A DNA stretch of 62,000 bases from Vicugna vicugna (taxonomy: Eukaryota), in NCBI GenBank assembly GCA_013265495.1, contig MU058206.1, positions 124,001-186,000 on the forward strand, read 5' to 3'. Position numbers and translations under genes: made by a program. The notes beneath the pieces were generated by a model, which worked only from the letters and a program-made list of their open reading frames with translations, did not search any database and had not been told where the DNA came from. Below are positions 14,437-27,699 of this stretch, in pieces (position 1 is the stretch's first letter; each line of letters starts with the position of its first letter).

Positions 14437-14670
14437 TGATAGATACTTAAAATGATGAAAAAGAAAAACTTACAACCAAGAATACTCTATACAGCAAGTC
14501 TCTTATTCAGATTTGAAGGAGAAATCAAAAGCTTTACAGATAAAAGCTAAAAGAATTCAGCATCACCAAACCAGCTTTACAACAAATGTTAAAGGAACTT
14601 CTCTAGTCATCAAACCATTAAGAAAAGGGAACAAAAAGAAAGAGGAGAGAAAAAAAAAAAAGACCTACAA
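14437..14670 (+). mobile_element. L1 ORF1 C-terminus and inter-ORF fragment
   Basis: Translates as KNLQPRILY...FRFEGEIKSFTDK and KEFSITKPALQQMLKELL*. Confidence 0.85.
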
Positions 14671-14946
14671 AAGATTGCTTTGGTAGTTCGGGGTCTTTTA
14701 TGGTTCCATACAAATTTTGGAATTGTTTGTTCTAGTTCTGTGAAAAATATCGTGAGTATTCTGACAGGGGTTGCACTGGATCTGTAGATTGCTTTGGGTA
14801 GTACAGCCACTTTGATAATGTTGATTCTTCCAATCCAAGAGCACAAGATATCTTTCCATTTCTTTGTATCATCTTTGATTTTCTTCATCAGTGTTTTACA
14901 GTTTTCAGAGTATAGGTAACCTACTTGATTAAGTTTATTTCTAGGC
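14671..14946 (-). mobile_element. L1 ORF2 fragment, inverted relative to the adjacent ORF1 piece
   Basis: KWKDILCSWIGRINIIK...PKAIYR...FFTELE...KFVWNHKRPR. Confidence 0.9.
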
Positions 14947-15029
14947 TTTCAATGCAATGGAAATGTTTACGCCAGTTATAAAATCCTGGTTTTTGAAGTG
15001 AAAAAAAGAAAAAGTAAATGAAGGGCTGC

Positions 15030-15200
15030 AAATGGCAAAATATCTTTCTTTCTTATGGATGAGTTGTATTCCATAACATACACTGCATCTTCTTCATCCA
15101 TTCATCTACTGATGTGCACTTAGGATGCTTCCATATCTTGGCAATTATAAATAATGTTGCTGTTAATGGTAGGGTGTATGTATCTTTCTGAATTAATTCC
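15030..15200 (-). mobile_element. L1 ORF2 C-terminal fragment
   Basis: catccattcatctactgatg...cttaggatgcttccatatcttggc. Confidence 0.75.
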
Positions 15201-15599
15201 TATTTTGTGGTTGGCTTTATTCCTTTGATAACTACGGAAGTTTATAAAAAGCTAAAGCTCTAAACGTTCTTAGAAACAATGAACCGTACATATATGTAAA
15301 TTATAGAAATATGTGCAGTATATTGTATATATGTATTTACATGCAATATATTGTATATGTGCAGTCAAATTGTAACAATTCTACCTAATAAAACTGAAAA
15401 ATTTTTTTAAATTATAAAGCACTTAGAAAAGTTCTGTAGAGTTGAGTACATAGCCTAATGGAAGCCATAACCTCGAGTTTCACAGTGGAGATACAACTGG
15501 AGCACTCCCACCCCGGTTTTCCTTGTCTTCTTTAAAAGGACTTGTAAGGTCCTTTTGTGGTAAATGCTTTCAGCTATATAACCATTCCAGTATTCAATT

Positions 15600-15790
15600 C
15601 TTCAAAGTCTTCAAAGTGCTTTGACATTCATGATCTTATTTGGGATTTTTAACAGCTCTGTGAGGCATGCAGGGCAAGCATTTTACAAATAAGGAAAACA
15701 GAAGCTCAGAGGTTACAATCTATCATGGTCACAGGGCTATTAAGGGGGCTGGGTTCAGAACTCAAGTGTTTCAACTTCTAATCCAATACT
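15600..15790 (-). mobile_element. MIR
   Basis: Core ttttacaaataaggaaaacagaagctcagagg. Confidence 0.65.
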
Positions 15791-16249
15791 TTAATTCCTG
15801 CGACAAAGTGATTCTTAGATCAGATATGGTCTTCTATTCAACATTGAGGAACTGGAAAAATATCTAAGGATATATCTGTATACCCTAGCTTTCAATTTGA
15901 TTTCATTTTCAAGTGGCAACTCTATTGAAAAGTATGCTCTACTGTTCTAACAAAATCTGAGCACCATTATTAATGAGATCTGGGCAAACTGTTGATAAAC
16001 TCACTCCTACTTTCAACACTGGACCCTGGGAACAAATCATATGTCCTAATACTTTTTAAGTGACTTTCCATATTTTAACACCTCATCATCAGTAATTTAT
16101 TAAAATAAAATGTCTACTGTTTTGACATGCCAGAGTAATTTTCTGGTCTGAGTTCACAAGAAACCAGCGTCTTTCCTCAGGAAATCTCTTTCTCCTTTTG
16201 CCACAAGCTTATAGAATTAAAAAGCACAATTTCTATCATTCCTTAATTA

Positions 16250-16900
16250 CATTCATTTGAGATGTCTAACATGACTAAAATACTAAATGGCACCATCTTC
16301 TACCCAGCTGCTCAAGCCAAAACCTTCTCTTTTCATATCCTATCAGTAAGTCCTGTCAGCTGTCCTGCTTCCTAATATAATCCATATTTATCCGTTTCTA
16401 ATTTTATCCATTTCTGTGCAGTTTTCTCTCACCTGAACCAGTGTTAACTCGTTTCTAATTGATCTTGCCCAGCTTCCTCTGTAGCACAATTTATTTACCA
16501 CATAGCAGCCAAAATGAACTTTAAAAAAGTAAATCAGATTATGTCACTCTTCCATTTAACCACACTTAGAAATAAAATTCAATCTCTTTATCTGACTCTA
16601 TATGGTCCTATAAAAGCTGGTTCATTATGCCAAATTCATCACCTACTCCTCTCCCACATCACTAACCTCACTGCAAACACACTGACCTTTCTGTAAATGA
16701 CCCAAAGCCTGTATCCATCTCAGGACCTTTGTGCTATCTTGCCTCAGCCTGGAAGACCCTTCTTCTAGATATTCACTTTGCTTGCTGCTGCTTCTTTACA
16801 TTTTAGCTCAAAAGTCACCTCTTTAGAAAAAGGCCTTCTATGATCACAGTCAAAAGTAGCAGGCCCATTCCTATCCCTTCCATGAATTTGTTTTGTGTGA
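16250..16900 (+). mobile_element. L2 fragment
   Basis: cagctgctcaagccaaaacc and ctcaggacctttgtgc motifs. Confidence 0.65.
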
Positions 16901-17694
16901 ATTAATCTTCTACACTGTCTCTAGTTAATATAGACTGATCATCTTCTGAGTGCACGTGTAGTATTGACATTCTGGTCTTGCAAATCTGAAAACCAGAACC
17001 TAGACAGTGGGGGCTCTGCTGAGATAATGCCCAGTTCAAAGTCAGAAGCAGTTCCCTGGTCTTTGCATCCAACAGAAACTCTATTAATAAACTTTCTTTT
17101 TCTTTTGGGTATAAAAATTTTTAACAAAGCCATCCTTAATCTTTGAAATTTTTCTTATTGTATCCATTTAGGCTACTCTTTTTAAAAATTATAGTATCAA
17201 GCCTGCAGACTCTGTATTTTTTATTTGTCTGAAAGAAATCACTAGTTTTTCTGACCACTAAGCCTTACTCTCTGGTACACAGTTTATTTTCTATCAATTA
17301 AAGAAAACAAGTGATCATAATGGGACCAGGGAGCTGATCTGTTTTCTGAGATGGGAAATTGACTTACAAATAGAAAAATAAAAGGTAGACATAAGAGCAC
17401 TTTGGAGATGGAGATGTAAATAAACCAAAAGTGGTAACAAATGCCTTATAGAGTGATAGTAAAAAGCAAGAAAATTTGCTAATACTACTTAATTCTTCAG
17501 GAGTAAAAGACTGAGGTGATCTGAGTAAAGTGAAGGGAGTTCTTTGATGTTAGCCTGAATACTCTTTGACAGCAAAGGACTTATATCCAGAGCATCTTAT
17601 GTTGTGCCTAGCACATAGAAGGTGCTTCATAAACACCTGGTGAATAAAGGCATTAGCAAAATGTTCTAGACATTATAAAAGGACTTAATGAACA

Positions 17695-17830
17695 TCCAGT
17701 AAAATGATTTTGTTTTACAGATAAGGAAATTGAACCCCAAAGCAACTTAATGGCTTGCCCAATGTGATATACTACACATAGGCAGCCAGGAGCAGGGCTA
17801 AGACCAGAATTCAGACTATTACAGTACCTC
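17695..17830 (-). mobile_element. MIR
   Basis: ttttacagataaggaaattga...cttgcccaa. Confidence 0.6.
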
Positions 17831-18437
17831 CTTATAGTTATGTTGGAAAAAGTATATGGTGGGCTCAAGAATTTCAATGTGGGTAAATGGAAGATAATGT
17901 ACTGGTGAAAACAAACTATAATCAAGGACGTTGAGTTCACTAATGATTTAGAATGCAAAAAAGACCTTGATGAGGCACTATAGTTACCCATTATGTAGAG
18001 TGCAACTGGACCAACCAAATTCCACTCATTTTCATAAAGGATGTTGGAAACAAACCAGAAAACACATGCCACATTGACATCCCCCAATCTAGCTTTCCAG
18101 TCTTACCTAATGCAGCTGCTCAAATTAAGTCAACTGTCAGGCTACGATTCCCTTGCTCAGGATACCTTCACACCAGAATTAAAGTAGCTACAGAAACTGG
18201 ATTCCTCCCGAAGGATGTGGGGTTACAAAGACAAATTTGCAACTCTGTTTGTTCCTGGCCCTCTATAACCTTTTATTCCTTTCAATTAAACCAAATCTTA
18301 ACTGATTAAAACAGCACAGCCATGATTTGACTCTGATCCTCAAGATGTAAAAAGGCTCCTTTACTCTATTTCCTGAAAACCCTGTCCTTGGAAGAGTCAT
18401 CTTATCAGCCAAATCTACTTACTATCACATGGTGGCA

Positions 18438-18590
18438 GGGGGGATGTACAGCTCAGTGGTAGAGTGCATGCTTAGCATGTACAAGGTCCTGGATTCAATC
18501 CCCAGTAAATCCATTAAAATAAATAAACCTAATTATCTCCACCTGCCAAAAAAAAGAACATTTTTTTTAAAAAGAGAAAAAAGAAAAAAA
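18438..18590 (+). mobile_element. tRNA-derived SINE (vic-1-like)
   Basis: A/B boxes, cctaattatctcc tail, A-rich end. Confidence 0.85.
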
Positions 18591-19757
18591 TATTATCAAA
18601 TAGAGTGCCCATTTTGAGAAAGGCCTTTGGATTACTTAAATTTTGGAAGAGTTTCCCCACTTATACAAATAGTAGAATCATAGCAAAGATAGGTTTTTGC
18701 CCTAAGTCCAACAACTACTCCTAGCATTAATAAATATGTTTCCATTGCTTGAGCCCTAAAGTCAATCAACCATAAAAACTACTCATTGAATGCAGTGTGG
18801 ACATCCAGTCCCATGTTAAACAACCAGCCTCACTACTACCAATTTCTTTGCTTGGTTTCAATTAAGAGAAAATATTTCTGGCCTTGAAGAGCCAGGAAAA
18901 GATTCAGCTTATAAAGAACTGCTCATATTCTTAAGAACTGAAAGTTCCTCCTCAATATATAAATTTTCCTCCTTCAAACAATTTTCCCATCATCTTTTAC
19001 AGTATACTTGGTCTTTAAAGAGCAAGCCATTTATAAGTAACAAAAAGTATTTCTCCATCTATTCATCCCTGGAAACTAGATGGAATAAAAACTCAGTACA
19101 ATCAGTTTTAAAAATCTAGAATAGTCAGCTAGCATTCAAATCAAAAAAGGAAGCTTTGGATTCTAGACACAAACTCATTTCAAATATTAAAAACTTACAG
19201 AACTCACAAATAGATTCACTTTTAAAGAACTGAGTCTCCAAAGTTACAAAATGTGGGTAAGAGTTAACACTACCATTTCACTTTTATTGCCGGAGGTGAA
19301 CTGTCTTACATTAAGAACTGTCTTACAAAGGTCAACATTTTATTGGGTCTTCTAAAATCAATTCTTCAGAATGAGGATGAACAACAGTTAAATAAATTGT
19401 TAGAATAAGAACAGAACAAGTCAATATATTCATAAGCTTTTGCTGTCCTCAGGACTTGAATTCCAGTGTAGACTTTGTAGATACTTTCTCAAATCTAAGT
19501 CTTCTCATCTTTAAATTGAGGGAAACTGTCCAAGGATCTCTAAGGTCACTTGTAGAGCTAAAGTTTATGCCCCTTTGGAAAAACTTTTAAAATTGTATCT
19601 GCCTTTCTTCGTATATGCTTTTTAAAACTAAAAGCAATACATATGCAGCATAAATAATTCAAAAGTTACAGGAAGCTACAACTGAAAAGTAAACATTACC
19701 TTCCAGACACCCAAATCCCTCTTCCTAAGCCTAAAGACAATTCCTGTTTTCTTCTCC

Positions 19758-19862
19758 TTTTTTGGGGGGGAGGAGAGATTAGGTTTATTTATTTATTTAT
19801 TTATTTAATAATCATTATTATTGTCGGTAGAGCATGCACTCTACCACTGAACTATACCCTCC
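19758..19862 (-). mobile_element. tRNA-derived SINE (vic-1-like), internally rearranged and lacking the B-box
   Basis: Head AGGGTATAGTTCAGTGGTAGAGTGCATGCT and tail (AAAT)n-aaacctaat are present; the middle is replaced. Confidence 0.75.
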
Positions 19863-19957
19863 TGCACCCACAATCACTGCTGTTTTCTTTTGTATCCTCA
19901 GAAACAAGCAAAACCAACAAACAAAAAAACCCACAAAAATGTATGTACTAGCAAACA

Positions 19958-20011
19958 CTCTCTCTCTCTCACACACACCACACACACACACACACACTCT
20001 CTCTCTCTCTC
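19958..20011. repeat. Compound (CT)n(CA)n(CT)n microsatellite
   Basis: Directly visible. Confidence 0.95.
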
Positions 20012-22599
20012 ATATTCCCTGGAGGGGCACATATATTCTTTCTAAGGGTTGCAAAGAATTCCACTGTACCCTGATGTGTGGTTTCTGGGTTTTTGCTACT
20101 GCAGACAATGTAGCAAACAGGTGTATCTGCATGCAAGTGCAAGCAAGTCCAAGAGCCTATCCATTGTTTATTCTGACAGATAATGCCAAAAATTACTCAA
20201 CAAAATGTTGTTCCAATATATACTCCCCAGGTGACTGACTGCTCTATTCTCCCATACCTCTGAGTACAAGAGCGCATAAAGAGTAGGTGAGAGTAAGTGA
20301 GCAACTTGTACTGAAGAGTCTATGAATCCCAAGGAAACTCAGTTCTGCCCTAGATCAGGATGTAGATTTAACAGCACGTATGGCTAAATTCCTCCACATA
20401 TAATCTGGCCACTTTCACCCAGAGATGGTTATCAGCATATTGGAAAATCAATTTAGTTTCTTATCTTTGTCACTGGCAAAGGACCCTTTAATAGGGATCA
20501 GCTGTTTATCCCCAAATTAAATGGGATAGTGCACGATCTCAGAGCTGATTAAAAAAGGTGTTTACAGAGCCCATAGGAAGCAACTCTTGGTGTATTTTTA
20601 AAGTGTTTTTATTAAAAAAAATTGGTATAATGTCTAGCATGGAGTAGATACTCAATAAGTAACTTAATTAAATTAATATGTGTCATCCACTTTGAAAACG
20701 GTCATCTTAGTTTAGTAGGAAGTATTTGTAGAGGACCATGTAAATATCAGGCAAATTCAAGAGCATGCATATGTGTGTACATGGGTGGGATGTGCATGGA
20801 GAGGGGAACACATGAGTTTCTAAAAACAAAATAAACCTATACCAAAGCTCTCATTTTATTTTTCTATAATTTGCTATTATAAATATTTATTACATCTTCA
20901 GTGTTAGTATGCCATCACATTGTGGCAGGGATGAGGGAGGGGTGGAGATTACTTTGGGCTTACACTGAAATGTGGAAAAAGATGTTTTTTTAAACATTAG
21001 AACCAGGGGAATGAGGTACATCTACCTCAGTATGTTTGTTTTCAGCAGACGCTCCCTCTAATTTTACAAGAAAAGTAGGAAAATATAATTTAGGTACATC
21101 CCCTATGAGATTATTCCCAACACATTCTTTCCTCTCCACATGGAACACTAAATCGCTTAAGAAAATTGCCCCCAGTTTCTTCTATTATCAGGGGAATCAC
21201 TAAAAAATAAAAAGCCTTACAATTTTAAGCATCAACAGGAAGCACTCAAATCAAGGCCAACCTTACATACACCTACACGTAAAACTAACCAAACACAGCA
21301 AGTCCTATTCTAAGGGCCAGAAGCATCTCTCAAAATAAGAACTCCTCTGACCAAACTAAAATTATCAGTAGGGCCCAACTCCAGACATTGGGCTCAGAGC
21401 AGATAGTCCAGGTATCCAACAAGGCATCAACTGGGAAAGGGAGGGGGAGCTGAACTAAATGGGACACAAAGTTAAATATAATGGTTACTTGACAAGGGTC
21501 CTGCCCATGATACCAAAAAATCATGTGGGAAGTCCCCCAATTATACCACTAATTAAAAAACCCTTACCTGCAGGCCCTTTAAGACTGCTTGCAGCTGAAG
21601 AAAAACTAGGTGCTGGCACATTCTATCTAATGGAGTTCAATGTCCTGTCTACCAGACTACAATCCGCAGATGAGCAGATAAAATTTTTAGGTTAACAGTT
21701 TTCAAGTAAAAATTATAATCTCAGAAATAACAAAGTTTACAATCACAAAATCAAAGAGATGGGTCTCAGACTGAGATGAAACAATCATGCCCTTCAATAC
21801 AGTCTACTGTTTCGAAGACACACTAGAATCTGTTTCTTGGACTTGAGATTGGTAGTTAAGCGGCAATGGATCAAGCAGAGAAAAGTAAATGACTACTTGA
21901 AATTAATCCAAATGTCAAATCCAAAGACACTCAATTTAACACCGAGCTTGCACATACTTTCAAGAACTAAAGCATTATTTAGTTGGGTTGCTATGTTAAA
22001 TGGCAAACTACTATGACATAAAAGAAAACAATGGGTTATAACTGGCTGCAGACATTCTGATAACCAAAGTGAGTATTTATTAGTTACTGCCCATTCTTGA
22101 CAGAAAAGTTTATCCAATCAGATCATGCAATGTGAATACTTCCAAAGGTAAGGAGTAGTTTGGGTTTTTTCCTATTGTATGTGCTTTTAATGAGCATGCA
22201 CTCTAAACAAGGCACAGTAGTCAGGCACAGTCCAGCGGAGGAAATTTCTTGGTTTTCTATTGCTGCATAACAAAGTACCCAAAACTGATGTCCAATGTCT
22301 TTAAGCCTTCCACATAATTTATAATTAACCCAATCACTCCTATAAATATCTTATGTCTATAAACTTAGACTTTAACAAAGTTAATAAGCTAATTCAAAAT
22401 ATCTTTATATTATAGTTGGCAATAAAAATACTGTTATCCTCATTCTTTATTTTAGAATAAAATTACAACCTTTACTTCAATTCCTACCTTACTTGAAAGA
22501 GATGAAAACATTAAAAAGAAATTTAAGAAAAAATTTTAATACCATAGATACCTATAGTGAAAAATCATCATAATTTATTGGTAGAAAACAGACTAGATT

Positions 22600-22748
22600 G
22601 GAGGAAGGGTATAGCTCAGTGGTAGTGTACCTAGCATGCACAAGGTCCTGGGTTCAATCCCCAGTGCCTCCAGTAAAGATAAATAAATGAAAGCCTAATT
22701 ATCTGCCCCCCTAAATAAGTAAACAAATAAATAACATTTAAAAAAAAA
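22600..22748 (+). mobile_element. tRNA-derived SINE (vic-1-like)
   Basis: A/B boxes and tail; TSD-like agactagat / agactggat. Confidence 0.85.
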
Positions 22749-22845
22749 AGACTGGATCACTATAATTTGTAGACTCTTCAGATCCTTTCTTGGCTCTCTG
22801 TCTTCAAGTAGTGATAACCAAAGTAGGAGCAGGATGGCTAAATTT

Positions 22846-23019
22846 CATTTCATTTCATTTCATTTCATTTCTTTTTGGGGGGAGGTAATTAGGTTTGATT
22901 TTATATATATATATATACACATACACATACTTTTTTTTTCCCAATAGAGGTACTGGGGATTGAAACCAGGACCTCATGCATTCTAAGCACATGTTCTATC
23001 ACTGAGCTATACCCTCCCC
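22846..23019 (-). mobile_element. tRNA-derived SINE (vic-1-like) with (AAATG)n tail
   Basis: A/B boxes on the minus strand; TSD gcaggatgg(c/a)taaattt at 22829-22845 and 23020-23036. Confidence 0.88.
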
Positions 23020-23519
23020 GCAGGATGGATAAATTTAAATCCACCCATTTTCTTATTTGTCAGCTTGGTCAAAGAATTGGTGAGAAAGTTTGGAGAAATT
23101 TGTTAATATGAGATTCTGGCATTATAAAAAGTTCTAAACAGATCTTGTTAAAAGGATATAAGAGATCCACAGAACTCTGGAATAAACTCTGGATATATCT
23201 ATTTCTTCTGCAATTTTTATATAAAGTAAAATTTACCTTTTTGTGTACAGTTCCGTGAATTTTGACAAAACTCACAAGTAACCACCACTACAATCAAAAT
23301 ACAAAACAGTTTTTGTGTGAATTTTAAGACAACCACAAGTTACTAAAGCACTTAATTTCAAAAGACAAGATTTCTAGCAAGTCAAAAGCAGGCAAAACAA
23401 AAAAAACAAAAAATCCAAAATTTAAACAAGGATTTACTAAAACAGAGGAATACTGGCCCCTCTCTTCTTGCTCCTGCCTACTAGCCAATCCAAATCACTA
23501 CAGTCATTCCCATTTCATT

Positions 23520-24205
23520 AATTTTCATGGCTTCAGTTACTATATACATGGCTGGCTGCCTATCTCTGTACTGCAAACCAACTTCCTGCTATGGACGTTG
23601 GCATCTAAAATGGAGCAAGTCCAAAATGGAAGTCGATCTTTCTCCAAAAACGTAATTGTCTTCCAGTGATCCTACCATTCATCCAAATATTCAAACTAGA
23701 AACTTAGTAAGAGTTAGCCTTAACTTCTCATTCTCCCTCAGTTACCCCACCTCCACTTCCCATCCACCCCCAATTTAGTCAACCATCATATCAATTTTAC
23801 CTCAGAAATACAACCCAAACTTGTCTCTCTTCATCCCCAGGACCAGCTTAATTCACTCAGGACAACCACCAGCTTCATTCGCTCAGGACATTAGTATACT
23901 GCAATAATACCTTAATTGCAATACTTTCTTGTTTCATTGCTGCAGAGTAAGCTGTTTTTATGCCACGGCATCTTTGCATGTTTCCTTCATCTACTCTAAT
24001 CTCGTCAAGTAGAATTAAATACTTCCTTCCTCTTCATTCTCAATGTGTAGATCTCTTGCTGTTATAATTATTTGTCTCTCCCACGAGACTGAGAGTCCCA
24101 GGAAGGCACTTAACTGTGTTATATTCACCTTGGTAAGCCTAGTGTCTAGGAAATGCCTAGCAAATAGTAGGTGCTTAATAAATGTTTGAAAAACGAATGA
24201 ATGAA
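23520..24205 (+). mobile_element. L2 fragments
   Basis: Ends in tagtaggtgcttaataaatgtttg...gaatgaatgaa. Confidence 0.6.
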
Positions 24206-24314
24206 CAGATCATGATCCAGATAAAATAGCCTCAAATATTTTTACTTTCCTTTGTTAAGATTCATGCTTAACAAGTGATCTTTTACTTAGTACAACACAG
24301 TAATTACTAGTTGT

Positions 24315-24492
24315 CTCAGACAAGTTACTAAAAAAAAACTCTGTGCCGCAGACTCCTCACCTGTAAAATACAAGTAAGGATGCCTTTCTCATAGGTTATT
24401 GTGAAGATTAAATGAGTTAAATATACGTATAATGCTTAGAGCAGAGCCTGACACATAGCAAGTACTCAGTAAACATTAGCCATTATTATTAT
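24315..24492 (+). mobile_element. MIR
   Basis: ctcacctgtaaaat...ataggttattgtgaagattaaatgag. Confidence 0.75.
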
Positions 24493-25621
24493 TTCTTTAA
24501 TAATACTGACACTAGGAGGGGAATGGACTGAGTAGGTACATGTTTTCTAGGTCATGGAAAAGATTGTCCCTCAATGTATCTTAGTAAAACGGCATTCTGA
24601 TTTTCATCTGTCAGCCCAGTATGAGTTTGGCTAACCACTTTTCTCTGAGACCAATCAACTCTGGTGCACTAAAGAAACAACTTCAGTGGCGAAACTGAGG
24701 AATGGACTCTAAACAGTGAAGACCCCAACAAGTTAACAGCATCCTGAGAAGGCCTGTCATAAGAGCTAGTCAGTCACCTTACGACCTTGGTTCCGTCTAA
24801 CGGTAACACTGGTCAAAGGTAGTATACTTTAAGTGAAAAGAATGTGATACTAGGAGGGAGATACTTCAAGTATACCACAGATTAGCTATGAACATGATTG
24901 CATACTTTAAAGAGAAAATCTGAGTTTAAAAAAAATACTAGTCATTTCTCAATTACCCATACTAAAGGAGGTGAAAACATTTTACTTTGGAATGTATTAT
25001 GTAATTTTTCCTATAGATTTATATCCAAAATTATATCTGGGATGAACTAATAATAACATATATTTACACAGCCTGGCCATATATTAAAAGACATCATGGG
25101 AGTGAATTCAAAATAAAAGAAGGAAGCCAGCATGAGATGAATTCCTACAGATAATTTATATGAGGATAATTTAAAACTGACTATTATTATGTACTAGTTC
25201 CTCTCAACCTCACAGTATCCTCGTGAGGCTCAATCTTAGCCACAAAATTCTTTCAAATGAAAATTTCTAAATGTCATTTAGAAATAAAAGGTGAGTACAA
25301 ATGAGTTTCCAAAGGTGAATCAATCTAGACCTGGGAAGCAATGAATCATCCAATTGGAGATTTTTGCTCCCACAGATACGGGGGTGCCTAAGAAGCTAGA
25401 GGTGGGTATCAGACTAACCACAGGCCAATTTATTTCATAAAATCAAGGTATCTTGAAAGGTTATGTAACAATCTCAAGTGCCAGGAAGGACTTCAGCAAC
25501 CACCCTGTCTAAACCCTTTGATTTTACAGAAGAAACTGAGATCCAAAAAAACTGCAACATGTCAGCTTTTATAAGTTGATTTATATAATAAAATGAATAT
25601 CTAAGGGTTAGGAAGTTCATT

Positions 25622-25777
25622 TTTTAATATTTTCATGGAGATATAACTGACATACAACACAAGGAGTTGATATACATATATATTGCGAAATAATTACCAC
25701 AATAAGTTTAGTTAACAACGATCATCACGCACAGTTATTAAAAAAATTTTTTTCTTATGAGAACTTTTAAGATCTAC
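25622..25777 (-). mobile_element. 5'-truncated L1 3' end with TSD
   Basis: L1MA-type 3' terminus; TSD aggaagttcatt at 25610-25621 and 25778-25789. Confidence 0.8.
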
Positions 25778-26479
25778 AGGAAGTTCATTATTAAATAATC
25801 AACTTATATCAATAAATAACCTATATTTCTAACAAAAAAGAGACTTTAATGTATTGTTTGCTTAAACTGGGCCACAAATTTGCTTTACCTTATAGTTCCC
25901 TACTGCACAACTTAAGATGTACCAAAAATAAAATTAGTCCTCTGGAACATAACTTAACTCCCGTAACAAGCCTCTCCACTATACCACAACAAGAACTCTC
26001 CTTTCCAGTTAGTCTTGCCGCATACTCTAACCTATTTGTCAGCTCATACACACAGATCATGTGCCTTCTTCAAATGTGTTCATACCATTCTGAAGGCCAT
26101 AGACGTTCTCCTACCCCCTATTTGAATACTACTCTTCTGGATCCAGGTCAAGTTCCACCTTGCCTTGAAGCGTTTCCTAATCACCCTAGTCTACTCTGAA
26201 TTCCCATCATACTTATTGTCACTTTCTTGGCAGTTAATAAATGTTACTCAGAATTGCTTACCTAATAATTAATACAGGATGCCCAGAATTGTAATTGTTC
26301 TCTGCATATGTTTTTCCCTACCCTCAAACTCTCTTTTGGTAGGTCCAGTGAGACCTAGGAATAGGTACTTTAAAAACAAAAACAAAAATACTTAGATGAG
26401 AAGAGGAAAATGGCTGATAGAAGAATAAAATTGATTTTTTCTTTATTAAAATATCCTTTAATGTTGTTTAAATATCTTT

Positions 26480-26800
26480 TCAACTATAAAGATACTAAAA
26501 GAATAAATAGGAGAAATGGAACATTGCATACCCTTTAAGACAGCAATTCTATATCCTAAGGAATCAATCTGATCAGTGTATAAAGATTTATGTATAAAGA
26601 TACTTATCACAGCATAATGTATAAGCAAAAACTGAAAAAGGCAGTTCATTAGTAGAGAATTAGCCAAATAAAATACACACCCATACAATAGAGTTCTATG
26701 TAGTTACTTTAAAAGATTATTTTTAATGACATGAAAAACTTTAAGTTTTTTCTGTTTTTCCATTTCTCCATGGTTTAATAATCAGAAAAACCAAATATTT
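26480..26800 (+). mobile_element. Old L1 (L1ME-like) fragment
   Basis: cagcaattctatatcctaaggaat and similar degraded ORF2-end words. Confidence 0.55.
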
Positions 26801-27532
26801 TTACTCTGAAAAAATACAGTGTAGATTTGAAATAATACACAACTCTTTATCACTTAAGGAGTGACACACTAGCTCATGAAGAGAAGTATAACTTCCCTGT
26901 TGTTGTCATGTTGTTTCTTCACGCCAGAAGTTTCTGAAATAATTTACCAATAACTTTCACTGAAGAGAATTTTCATTTATTTGTAGGACATTTCCATAAG
27001 TGGTGACAGAATGGCAACAATGAGTCAAGTCATCATCAAGTCAAGTTATATTCTAAAGATTAATGACCACGACCGCCACCACCATCCCATCATCAAACCA
27101 ACAAGGCAGAGGGGAAATCCACTGATTTATTATCTCTGGTCAACAGATTTGAGTAAATGAAGATCAAGATGCTACTGTATCTTTTTGTTAACAGGATTTC
27201 AACTTCAATGGCTCCCATGGCCATTCTACTTCAGATGCTGATCCACGCTCTCATACCTTAGTAAGGGTCTCTTGGAATTCTCTCTACTTCCCAGATGTGA
27301 ATTTCTGAGTTTTTCTCTCTGAACTTCTATTCCCTCTACCAAGAGGAAGGGAAGACTCAAGATGAGAAAACAAGAAAAAAAAGTGCAAAAGCCCTGAAGG
27401 AGGATCTAGCTAGGTATGTAAGAAAAGACAGTGCAGCTTGAGTATGGTGCACAAAGGAAAACACTGTACAAGAAATAGGCAGGTACTACATCACAGAGAG
27501 CCTAACAGGTCATGATAAAGACTTTGGATGTT

Positions 27533-27660
27533 GGGGGAGGGTATAGCTCAGTGGTAGAGTGCATGCTTTGCTGGGTTCAATTCCCAGTTCTGCCAATTAA
27601 AAAACAAACAAATCTGCCTAATTATCTCCCCACCCACCTGCCAAAAAAAAAAAACAAACA
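27533..27660 (+). mobile_element. tRNA-derived SINE (vic-1-like) with a short internal deletion
   Basis: A/B boxes and tail; TSD actttg(g/a)atgtt at 27521-27532 and 27661-27672. Confidence 0.85.
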
Positions 27661-27699
27661 ACTTTGAATGTTGTTATTTTCATAAATTTTTCCACTCCC

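Noticed and set aside
14610..14888. 92-aa ORF with reverse-transcriptase-associated words
   Set aside because: A short, dead L1 ORF2 fragment.
19298..19328. Short direct repeat gaactgtcttaca twice (similar ones at about 12150-12212 and 23845-23891)
   Set aside because: Two-copy local duplications typical of slippage; no array or spacer structure.
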